Source: a virus. Taken from it: a DNA stretch of 40,876 bases. Shown piece by piece: positions 1 to 7,607 of this stretch. Every line of letters starts with the position of its first letter. Position 1 is the first letter of the stretch. The notes under the pieces were generated by a model. That model saw only the letters and a program-made list of their open reading frames with translations, made no database searches and was not told the DNA's origin. Location of the stretch: UHGV virus genome UHGV-0232575. The stretch is one strand, 5' to 3'. The position numbers were made by a program, and so were the translations under genes.

Positions 1-459
1 AAAGAGTTTATCCACGAATGTAATGAACTAAGACAGTTTCAAATTATTACTAAAACAGGCTGGACCTTTGATAGAACGGTTGCACGTGATAGTGAAGGTA
101 ATAAGTTCAACGCACAAAAGGTTAACCGTGTATTCGCAGTAAAAGACAAAACTAATGCAGTAGAATTGTTTAAGGTCAAAGAAGGTCAATTATTAGATAT
201 TGAAGCTGATGAATTTAAAGATAACATTTCATATACAAAAGGATTGGCAAACGCACCAGAGTACTACACAATCAGTAATGAAGCGATTGGCGAAGGTATT
301 ACAATTGATGAAGTTGACAAACAATACTATATTGACCAAGTAGAAGATACGCTTGAACTATGGTTTGGTGAAAATTGGAAAGAACGTATTGAACAAGCAC
401 ATCATGAACGTAATGTAAAAGGTTTTAAACAATTAGAAGTTAAAAATTACATTGACTAA
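1..459 (+). CDS. 3' end of a + strand gene truncated by the window edge; hypothetical, possibly replication-associated
   Basis: Frame 1 is open from base 1 to the stop at 457-459, with no internal start. An early promoter lies immediately downstream. Confidence 0.5.
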   Translation, partial: KEFIHECNELRQFQIITKTGWTFDRTVARDSEGNKFNAQKVNRVFAVKDKTNAVELFKVKEGQLLDIEADEFKDNISYTKGLANAPEYYTISNEAIGEGITIDEVDKQYYIDQVEDTLELWFGENWKERIEQAHHERNVKGFKQLEVKNYID

Positions 460-463
460 AGTG

Positions 464-492
464 TTGACAACCTCCTTTTAACATGATATACT
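464..492 (+). promoter_or_regulatory. Early sigma70-type promoter TTGACA-17-TATACT with an extended TG
   Basis: TTGACA at 464-469, a 17-nt spacer and tgaTATACT at 484-492. This is the first copy of the conserved 40-bp promoter/leader module. Confidence 0.6.
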
Positions 493-523
493 TAGTTCAT
501 AAGTTAAGAGGAGGAATTAAACA

Positions 524-1036
524 ATGGAAAAATGGAAAGACATTGTAGAATATGAGGGTCTATATCAAGTAAGTAACTTAGGTAATGTTTACTCATTTAA
601 AACTAATAAATACTTAAAACCTAGTGGTGATAAATATTTACATGTAATATTATCTAAGAATAATAGAACTAAGACGGTTAGGATACACCGTTTAGTAGCA
701 GAAGCATTCATACCAAACCCAGATAATAAACCGCAAGTAAACCATATTGATGGTGATAGATATAACAATAATGTTAAAAATTTAGAATGGCTTACATGTA
801 AAGAAAATATAGTACATGCTTATGACTATCTTGGTAAAGTTGCTAGTACCACAAATGCACATAATAGTAATAAAGTAAGATGTGAAGTTATTGAAAAATC
901 AAATGGTAATAGTATTATATTTGATAGTATAAAGGAGGCTGAAAACTACTACGGTGTGCATACCAACACATTTAGTAGGGCTATAACTAAACAAAATGGT
1001 AAAATGAGAAAATACAATATAAGAAAGTTGGATTAA
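524..1036 (+). CDS. HNH homing endonuclease (NUMOD4 + HNH_3 + C-terminal DNA-binding module)
   Basis: EGLYQVSNLG NUMOD4-like motif; NHIDGDRYNNNVKNLEW HNH core; C-terminal IFDSIKEAENYYGV...SRAITK IENR/NUMOD1-like helix. Strong RBS AGGAGGAA. Confidence 0.85.
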   Translation: MEKWKDIVEYEGLYQVSNLGNVYSFKTNKYLKPSGDKYLHVILSKNNRTKTVRIHRLVAEAFIPNPDNKPQVNHIDGDRYNNNVKNLEWLTCKENIVHAYDYLGKVASTTNAHNSNKVRCEVIEKSNGNSIIFDSIKEAENYYGVHTNTFSRAITKQNGKMRKYNIRKLD

Positions 1037-1037
1037 A

Positions 1038-1262
1038 ATGTTAACAGTATATACTAAAAATAATTGTTTCCCCTGTACAATGACCAAACGTAAGTTACAA
1101 GAATTAGGGGCTACCTACCAGGAAATTAATATTGATGAAGATTTGAGCGCACTAAACTATTTAATGGAATGTGGATTTCGTTCATTGCCAGTGGTTTACT
1201 TAGATGATGAACCTATTATTACTGGTGGATTTGCACCAAATATCTTAGAAAAGCTTGTGTGA
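1038..1262 (+). CDS. nrdH: Glutaredoxin-like protein (NrdH-like thioredoxin-fold redoxin)
   Basis: CFPC redox motif near the N-terminus; 73 aa; GGF near the C-terminus. Start overlaps the upstream stop (TAAAATG). Confidence 0.75.
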   Translation: MLTVYTKNNCFPCTMTKRKLQELGATYQEINIDEDLSALNYLMECGFRSLPVVYLDDEPIITGGFAPNILEKLV

Positions 1263-1325
1263 GAGGAGCATTCTAAGCACGTTTCAGATTCAAAGTAAGG
1301 TGATTATCCATTAAAAAACAAATAA

Positions 1326-1357
1326 AGACACCCTATATAGGGTGTCTTTTGTGTTTT
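1326..1357. terminator. Bidirectional rho-independent terminator between the converging early (+) and late (-) arms
   Basis: Hairpin agacaccctatataGGGTGTCT followed by TTTTGTGTTTT; an A-run upstream serves the - strand. Confidence 0.7.
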
Positions 1358-2339
1358 ATTGATATAATAAAGTGTTTTTGTTTTCAGTGAATAACCAAAT
1401 GAACTCTTCTGGTAACTGTACATGAGATAATGTATAACCACCGTAAGGTGTTTGCTCTTGCACTACACCTACAGAATTAACTTGGAAATTGAAGTAATCA
1501 CCTACAGAAAGAACTTGGTCTTTGGTTGGTTGCCCAGTAGCTGGGTTTACTTTATCAACAACACTAACTGGAATACCGTTATCAGTCCAATTAAAGTCAA
1601 TTTTACCTAAATGTTCGTTATAGATTTGCCACATTCCGTTTACATATTCCAACCCATCAACTCTATAGTTAAAACGTTGTTTTTGAGGTGTTACACTTGG
1701 TTTAGAGGGTTTGTTAGGTGTTGCTGGGTTTGACGGCTTAGAATCACCCTGAACGCCATTTGCTAAGTCTTTAGCAAGTTGTGCTTTACTGATTCCCATT
1801 TCTGCTAAGTAACCATATGGGTCTGTGTGGTCACCCCATACATAATCTGATACCCATTTATGAGAGATAACACCTTTTTCCCAAACAGAAGAACCTTGGT
1901 CAAGTGTCATAGGAATACCAAACTTTTTACCCATGTCTCTTGTATAATCAATGTATGCTTTATAGTTCTTTTTGAACAATTCCTTATCATGTGTATGTTG
2001 CAACTCAATTTGAATAGGTGCGTAGGGGTTTGCGTTACCAGCCCCCCATGAGATGTTACCTTCTGGTGCAATCTTATAAACAATACCACCATCACCAACG
2101 ATAGCTGTTGTATGTGCGTTAAACCAGTTATTTTTCATGTACGTTGCTTCAGTTCTTCCTGTGGCACGTTCATTAGCAGTTTCATGTAAGATAATCTTAT
2201 TAGGTACTGCAACCTGTCCTGAACCTTCCCAAGGACTTAAATTGAACTCGTTATTAACTTCATATGCGTTAGCTGTTTGCATTCCAGCAAACAAACCAAT
2301 GGTTGCTAATGCACCAAATAAAATACCTTTTAATTTCAT
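1356..2339 (-). CDS. Endolysin: N-acetylmuramoyl-L-alanine amidase (Amidase_2/PGRP) with N-terminal Sec signal peptide and C-terminal cell-wall-binding domain
   Basis: N-terminal MKLKGILFGALATIGLFAGMQTANA signal-peptide-like segment with an AxA cleavage site. Amidase_2-like core (ILHETANE...HTTAIVGDGG...) and a proline-rich linker. Confidence 0.85.
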   Translation of the reverse strand: MKLKGILFGALATIGLFAGMQTANAYEVNNEFNLSPWEGSGQVAVPNKIILHETANERATGRTEATYMKNNWFNAHTTAIVGDGGIVYKIAPEGNISWGAGNANPYAPIQIELQHTHDKELFKKNYKAYIDYTRDMGKKFGIPMTLDQGSSVWEKGVISHKWVSDYVWGDHTDPYGYLAEMGISKAQLAKDLANGVQGDSKPSNPATPNKPSKPSVTPQKQRFNYRVDGLEYVNGMWQIYNEHLGKIDFNWTDNGIPVSVVDKVNPATGQPTKDQVLSVGDYFNFQVNSVGVVQEQTPYGGYTLSHVQLPEEFIWLFTENKNTLLYQ

Positions 2340-2341
2340 AA

Positions 2342-2575
2342 TTATTTGTCCTCCTTATTGTCTCTAATACCTTTTGTGGTTGGGTCTATAACTACCCCTA
2401 AAATACTTAACACAACGAATACTGCATTAACAACATCAATTAGTTGTTGACTCAAACCAGTTAGGTTTGATAAGTCTAATCCAAAAATGTTTCCCACAAC
2501 TTGAATCAGAACAATTACTGCTGGAATTAAAGCAATCCAGAACGCTTTGTTTTTGATACGTGTTTTCCAATCCAT
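2342..2575 (-). CDS. Holin (two-TM, LAB-phage holin family)
   Basis: Two hydrophobic helices with a charged C-terminus. The preferred start MDWKTRIK at 2575 has an AGGAGA RBS 8 nt upstream. The longer ORF reaching 2659 is Cys-rich and lacks an RBS. Confidence 0.75.
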   Translation of the reverse strand: MDWKTRIKNKAFWIALIPAVIVLIQVVGNIFGLDLSNLTGLSQQLIDVVNAVFVVLSILGVVIDPTTKGIRDNKEDK

Positions 2576-2589
2576 TTTTAACACTCTCC

Positions 2590-2835
2590 TTATAATATAG
2601 TTATAATAGCACCAATAACAGCAACAATGATTGCCCCTGATACTGTGCGTGTTAGCCAAGTTAAACGGTCATTTATACTAGCAATGTCTTTCTCATTTTG
2701 AATTGAACGGTGATGGGTTTCACTCAATAAATTATTGTTTGCCTTTAATTCATTTTTCAAATCTGGAATACCTTCCAAGTTTGATTCAATTCTAGCTAGT
2801 TGCACTTTTATTTCCATAAAGTCCTTATCTTCCAT
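2590..2835 (-). CDS. XhlA-like lysis-associated membrane protein
   Basis: 81 aa with an N-terminal coiled coil and a single C-terminal TM (AIIVAVIGAIITIL). It sits immediately upstream of the holin. RBS GGGAGA. Confidence 0.6.
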   Translation of the reverse strand: MEDKDFMEIKVQLARIESNLEGIPDLKNELKANNNLLSETHHRSIQNEKDIASINDRLTWLTRTVSGAIIVAVIGAIITIL

Positions 2836-2885
2836 GCCTACATCTCCCTATCTTATTATAATCACCGCCTTTCAGCTACTATTAT

Positions 2886-2894
2886 AGTATAGCA
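2886..2894 (-). promoter_or_regulatory. Extended -10 late promoter (TGCTATACT) for the lysis cassette
   Basis: The - strand reads aaaTGCTATACTATAATAGTAGC about 55 nt upstream of the xhlA-like start. Confidence 0.5.
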
Positions 2895-2972
2895 TTTAAA
2901 TAAGGGAAATAGTGTGCTTCACAGGACGATTCTAAGCGTTTTTCAGATTGAAAGTAAGGTGTTTGTACATTA

Positions 2973-3002
2973 AAATGCAAATAAAAAACACCCCTGAAAA
3001 GA
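2973..3002. terminator. Bidirectional rho-independent terminator
   Basis: aaaaACACCCCtgaaaagAGGTGTTTTT, with T-runs on both strands. Confidence 0.65.
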
Positions 3003-3013
3003 GGTGTTTTTAA

Positions 3014-3307
3014 CTATAATAAATCAGAAAGTAATGCTTCTAATTTTGCTAGTCTTTCAGCCATTTCTTCCTTAGTTGGTTCTGGTGGTTTATTGGCTTC
3101 TTCATCTAAAAACTTTTGGAAAGCATTATTTGTATTTCTAGTCAATTCTTTTCCATCATAGTAATAATTATGAAAGTCAATCAACCCACCTTGCATAGAG
3201 TTTGCCGTTGTAATATCAATGTCAACTTCTACATAGTCACCAAATGGTTCTGTTGTATAACCAGTTAGAAAACCGGTCTTATTCTCAATCCAAATTTTCA
3301 TATTCAT
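3014..3307 (-). CDS. Hypothetical tail-associated protein downstream of Tal/RBP
   Basis: ORF 3014-3346. The likely start MNMKIW at 3307 is preceded by AGGAAGG. It overlaps the end of the upstream gene. Confidence 0.55.
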   Translation of the reverse strand: MNMKIWIENKTGFLTGYTTEPFGDYVEVDIDITTANSMQGGLIDFHNYYYDGKELTRNTNNAFQKFLDEEANKPPEPTKEEMAERLAKLEALLSDLL

Positions 3308-3315
3308 CAACCTTC

Positions 3316-5376
3316 CTATACTGAAAATATACTTGTCAATACCCATTTAGCACCATTACCAGTACCATTATTGGCTCTGCCAGTTACACTCCTATTTGAT
3401 ACATATACGTATTTATATACAGTGTCATCCACACCACCACCACTAGCTCCACCACTTTGCAATCTCATACTAATACCTCTACCATTATTGAAATTGGCAT
3501 GTGCTTTAGGTACTAAATAATAATTGTATTCCCAAGGCTGTGGTTTTCCATTTGTGGCGTCGTATGGTTGCCATAAAAATAACCAACCAATTGCACACTC
3601 TTCCATTTTTAAAGTTGGTATAATGCTATCCGTATTTGTTACCCATGAATTGCCAGGGTATATCTTACGTCCTGTATTTGCAAATTGCATAATTAATTCA
3701 GCTGTTAAGAAACCACTGTGACCACTACTATCTTGTAATGATAGTCCAGCTGGTGTTAGACTTACATATTGATTAATTGAACCATCTGTGTTTAATACAC
3801 GTCCATCAAACCCTTGTGAAAATAACCTTGTTGAGCCTGTTCTATTTGTTGTTAAGTTCTTGTATTCAATTTCCATTTCACCACCAGCCACTGTTGATAC
3901 ACCTTCTAATTGTTCACCAGCTACTGTTGCTTTAAATGTATTCAAAAATTCAGAACCATTGATTGTAGAACCGTTCATTGTGATAGCGTTTAATGTTTCA
4001 ATGTTTAGCACAGCTTGGTCAATTGTTTGTTCAATCCATTCTGTTTTTAAATCGTCCCAAACCTTATAAGAAGCGATCTTAGGACTCTCTTTTACTTCAC
4101 GTGTTTCATAGTCACCTAGTCTTGCTATGGTTGGTTGCGGTACTGTTCCATCAACAACCCACCACATATCCCCTTGTTTTGGATTAACTGGCGGTTCTTC
4201 TTGTACAAATACACGTGGTATACTTCTAACTTTATTATTTATCTGGTCCGCTAGCTTTCTTAAATTATCATTAATGCCTGATTCTAAAACAACGAAATCA
4301 CTTAGTTGTGCTTCAACACTGTCTGTTGTATAATCATACTTCAATTCTTGAACACGTGATTTTAGATATAACTTTTCGTTTTCATCTACTAACTTAATAT
4401 AGTCACCAACTTGTAAATTGTAAGGTATGTTGGCAATGTCAACTTCATATGCAACCAGTGGTTTTCCATAATCTTTTAGATGTTTAACTGCATAGTCACG
4501 CAACTTGTTTTGTGCTGTTGTTTCAAACTCTAATTGCTGTTGAAAATAGTTTGATTCGTTGTGGGTTCTTGACCAGTGCTTTACATTCTCTTTGTCGTAA
4601 ATATACCCAGTTGCCTTATCTAAGTAAAAACGACCGTTAGGGTCTACCCAGTTATACCCAACTAAGTCAACAGGTTTTTCTTTACCTTCTGGAATCCCAC
4701 CAATTGGTTTTATTGCATTAACTAGTTGGTAAATATCTTCTTTAGTAGTTATTGAGTTAATATCTTTATTAACATAAAGTGTGTGTACTTCATCTGTACC
4801 ACGCTTCTTCTTAATATCAATATATCTACCTGTTAATTCATTACCTTTAAATGTAAACCTAAAATCAAGTTCTGCATTATCAAATTGGGTTGCTACTGAT
4901 TGAATACGTTCCAATGCTGTTGCTCCTGAATCCCATTCTAATGCTCTAGTTAGTCCAGATATTTCATTTATACCAACTTTGAAACCACTACTTGATGTAA
5001 ATATTTCAATATAGTATTTAATAGGAAATGCTTTTGTTTCCTTGTGTTTACCAACATGTTGGTTTAAAAGGTCTAGTGAAGCGTCTTCTAATTCCATACT
5101 GCGTGTTTGTGTCAATGGATTGTGTGTTGATTCTAAAATTGTCATCCATTCGTGTTTACCATTTAAGTCTTTATACAAAACGTAGTTACCAACTTTGAAT
5201 ACATCTTTAGCAAGTGCGCTTGTTTCTGGTGTAAATGATACATCTAGGCTCATGCGTCTACTTGCAGTTGCTAAACTTATTGTATCCTCTGTTGATGTTA
5301 CTTTGAATTGAGTACCACCACTGGTTGATACAATATCTAGTAACTTAAATGTCCTATCTGTAATGTAAAAGTCCAT
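3316..5376 (-). CDS. Tail-associated protein Tal / receptor-binding tail fiber (phage minor structural protein N-terminal domain, prophage tail endopeptidase-like)
   Basis: 686 aa; N-terminal MDFYITDRTFKLLDIV is typical of siphovirus Tal; Gly-rich C-terminal region; position directly after Dit. Confidence 0.75.
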   Translation of the reverse strand: MDFYITDRTFKLLDIVSTSGGTQFKVTSTEDTISLATASRRMSLDVSFTPETSALAKDVFKVGNYVLYKDLNGKHEWMTILESTHNPLTQTRSMELEDASLDLLNQHVGKHKETKAFPIKYYIEIFTSSSGFKVGINEISGLTRALEWDSGATALERIQSVATQFDNAELDFRFTFKGNELTGRYIDIKKKRGTDEVHTLYVNKDINSITTKEDIYQLVNAIKPIGGIPEGKEKPVDLVGYNWVDPNGRFYLDKATGYIYDKENVKHWSRTHNESNYFQQQLEFETTAQNKLRDYAVKHLKDYGKPLVAYEVDIANIPYNLQVGDYIKLVDENEKLYLKSRVQELKYDYTTDSVEAQLSDFVVLESGINDNLRKLADQINNKVRSIPRVFVQEEPPVNPKQGDMWWVVDGTVPQPTIARLGDYETREVKESPKIASYKVWDDLKTEWIEQTIDQAVLNIETLNAITMNGSTINGSEFLNTFKATVAGEQLEGVSTVAGGEMEIEYKNLTTNRTGSTRLFSQGFDGRVLNTDGSINQYVSLTPAGLSLQDSSGHSGFLTAELIMQFANTGRKIYPGNSWVTNTDSIIPTLKMEECAIGWLFLWQPYDATNGKPQPWEYNYYLVPKAHANFNNGRGISMRLQSGGASGGGVDDTVYKYVYVSNRSVTGRANNGTGNGAKWVLTSIFSV

Positions 5377-5405
5377 ACTATTACCTCCTAAATATTTATA
5401 TACTC

Positions 5406-5414
5406 ATTATAACA
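5406..5414 (-). promoter_or_regulatory. Extended -10 promoter (TGTTATAAT) upstream of tal
   Basis: The - strand reads tttttgTGTTATAATgagtatataaat, just after the intergenic hairpin. Confidence 0.45.
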
Positions 5415-5442
5415 CAAAAACAAAGGGGTGTAAACCCCTTTG
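5412..5442 (-). terminator. Intergenic stem-loop/terminator after dit
   Basis: caaaGGGGTttacaCCCCtttg followed by TTTTTGTG on the - strand. Confidence 0.55.
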
Positions 5443-5446
5443 TATC

Positions 5447-7534
5447 TTATAGATATGTTTGTTCTAAAATGCAATTCACTTCTGGTTGTAGCGCCCATGA
5501 TGAATAGAAAGGTAGTATTTCATGTTCTCCTACATCAAGTCTAAATGCTTCCCACTGATTACCAACAACATTCAGTTCATTGTTGATAGCACCATTGATG
5601 TATACATTACGTGAGTACGTGTCTAATTCTACTAAGTCACCATCTTTGTAATAGTTGCGTACATCTTTTATGTGCTTAACGTTTAACCAACGTAGTTTAG
5701 CATCTGTAACCATAACTTGGTTTGCTCTAAAGTTACTATACTGTTTAAACCAGAAACCAAACTTGTCTAAATTAGACTTGTCAGAAACATTGTATGTGAA
5801 AATGTAGTTGTCGCCTACCACAACGTTATTATATTTATTTATTCCTTTGATACTTGCTAAGCGCCATTTTATATATGTTTCAGTACGTTCAATGTTTATT
5901 TCCAGCTTAGTATTACCAAACTTCTTCTTGTCTAATGTGTACTCGTGTACCTTTTCACCCATATACCAACATTCCATAATGGTATGATTGGTACTGTATA
6001 ATGAATCTCTAAATAATGTATTGATTACTGGGTTTCCAGCTGTGTCACCAATCATAAATTCTAAATGTGCCATTGGTGGGTTGTCTTTATAGTTTGTAAA
6101 AATGAAACGTATGTTAGCAACAAAAGCTGATGTTCTATCATTTGTAGATGGTGCAGTTATTGGTACAACTGCCGTTGGTCCATGCCAAACATCTGTTTTT
6201 TCACCAGTAAAATCTGGTACTACTGAATCAACATCTTTTGTCATGTTTAATGTACCATCAACTAAGTTTGGTGTATCTGGGTTGTTTAGATAATTAGGAT
6301 ATATACTAATGAAACCACTGTTCTGTACCATATTGTCAGGTAGGTTTGGACCCCAAAAATCTAACCACTGCACTGTTTCTGTTCTTGTCTGTTCTGTGTA
6401 GTCAACCTCTTCTGGGTTTCCAAATTGTAAAATATCACCATTTTTGTTTACCAACCCAACCATGCCATTATCACCATTCATCTTGAATGAAAAGCGTGGG
6501 TAGGCTTTGTATGTTCCGTTGTTTACAACTTTTAATTCTTTTCTTAATTCAATTAATGATTTTTGATAAGTCATTGGTGCCGTAGTATCAAGTGCAAACA
6601 TTGGTTCACATATATCACCGCTCACATGGTCACCGTACAAACCAAAGTTCATTGATAATCCAGTTGTTTCAGGACTTTTGATAGTTATTGTTTTAAAGTA
6701 CAATGTCCAGTCTTTTACCTCATTAGGTATTTGAATAACATGTGTATATGTTTTTCTAATTGGATTGTCTGCCCATTCAATTAAAATTAGCCCTGATGTT
6801 TTATCTGGTATTACTTCATTGTCTACTACGTTGATACGCACTTTAGCTTGAAAGCCAACTGTTTGACCTACCTCTAAATCTAGGTTCATACGTCTATTGT
6901 ATGCGTCATAGAAAAACCATGCTTGGTGTGGTGTGCTGTTGTCTGTATAGTATGCTGGTATACCAGCGGTGAAGTCACAACTTAATACATTTTGACCAAA
7001 GTGCTTTTCTGGTGAAAGTTGCGCCCACGGTTTATAGTATTGGTCTTTGCGTTCAAAATTTGAATCTAATACCATATTACTGTTTTTAGTTGTTACATTA
7101 TTAAAATTTGAAGCTTCAACTTGGTGGGCAAGTGCGTCTGGAACATCAAAGGTTAATGTAAAAGGTGTGTACTTTGTGTCTGTAGCGTCATACTCTTCTG
7201 TCCCTGTGAATATTGCGTTAAAATATCTATCTGGCATTTGGTCCAATATAAGTCGTTTTGGTTCGTCTGAATTGATAATTTTAACTAATTCATCTTTAGT
7301 TTCTGATACAGTCATGCCACTGTTGTCTGATATAATGAAACCATCAATTGATATTGCGTATTCACCTAATCTAGTATTTCTGAAATGTTTACCGTCAGTA
7401 TTACCAACTGTGTAAAAATCATTATCTTTTGACAGAAAAGGTACATTTACTTTTGCTATCTGAAACAAGTGGCTTGTTTCTTTACCGTCAAATGTAAAGC
7501 TTCTCAAAAAATCATAATTTTGTGCCATTTTCAT
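5447..7534 (-). CDS. Distal tail protein Dit (long, evolved form with inserted domains)
   Basis: 695 aa ORF immediately downstream of TMP and upstream of Tal. The Dit call rests on synteny. The length implies inserted domains of the carbohydrate-binding kind. Confidence 0.65.
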   Translation of the reverse strand: MKMAQNYDFLRSFTFDGKETSHLFQIAKVNVPFLSKDNDFYTVGNTDGKHFRNTRLGEYAISIDGFIISDNSGMTVSETKDELVKIINSDEPKRLILDQMPDRYFNAIFTGTEEYDATDTKYTPFTLTFDVPDALAHQVEASNFNNVTTKNSNMVLDSNFERKDQYYKPWAQLSPEKHFGQNVLSCDFTAGIPAYYTDNSTPHQAWFFYDAYNRRMNLDLEVGQTVGFQAKVRINVVDNEVIPDKTSGLILIEWADNPIRKTYTHVIQIPNEVKDWTLYFKTITIKSPETTGLSMNFGLYGDHVSGDICEPMFALDTTAPMTYQKSLIELRKELKVVNNGTYKAYPRFSFKMNGDNGMVGLVNKNGDILQFGNPEEVDYTEQTRTETVQWLDFWGPNLPDNMVQNSGFISIYPNYLNNPDTPNLVDGTLNMTKDVDSVVPDFTGEKTDVWHGPTAVVPITAPSTNDRTSAFVANIRFIFTNYKDNPPMAHLEFMIGDTAGNPVINTLFRDSLYSTNHTIMECWYMGEKVHEYTLDKKKFGNTKLEINIERTETYIKWRLASIKGINKYNNVVVGDNYIFTYNVSDKSNLDKFGFWFKQYSNFRANQVMVTDAKLRWLNVKHIKDVRNYYKDGDLVELDTYSRNVYINGAINNELNVVGNQWEAFRLDVGEHEILPFYSSWALQPEVNCILEQTYL

Positions 7535-7560
7535 TCCCCTTTATAATTTACTATACTAGT

Positions 7561-7569
7561 ATTATAACA
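7561..7569 (-). promoter_or_regulatory. Extended -10 promoter (TGTTATAAT + ACTAGTATAGTAAA box) upstream of dit
   Basis: The - strand reads ttttgTGTTATAATactagtatagtaaatt. Confidence 0.45.
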
Positions 7570-7600
7570 CAAAAGGCAACCCTTGTAAAGGGGTTGCCTT
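7567..7600 (-). terminator. Stem-loop/terminator after the TMP gene
   Basis: A 10-bp stem AAGGCAACCC/GGGTTGCCTT followed by TTTTGTG on the - strand. Confidence 0.6.
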
Positions 7601-7607
7601 GATGTTT

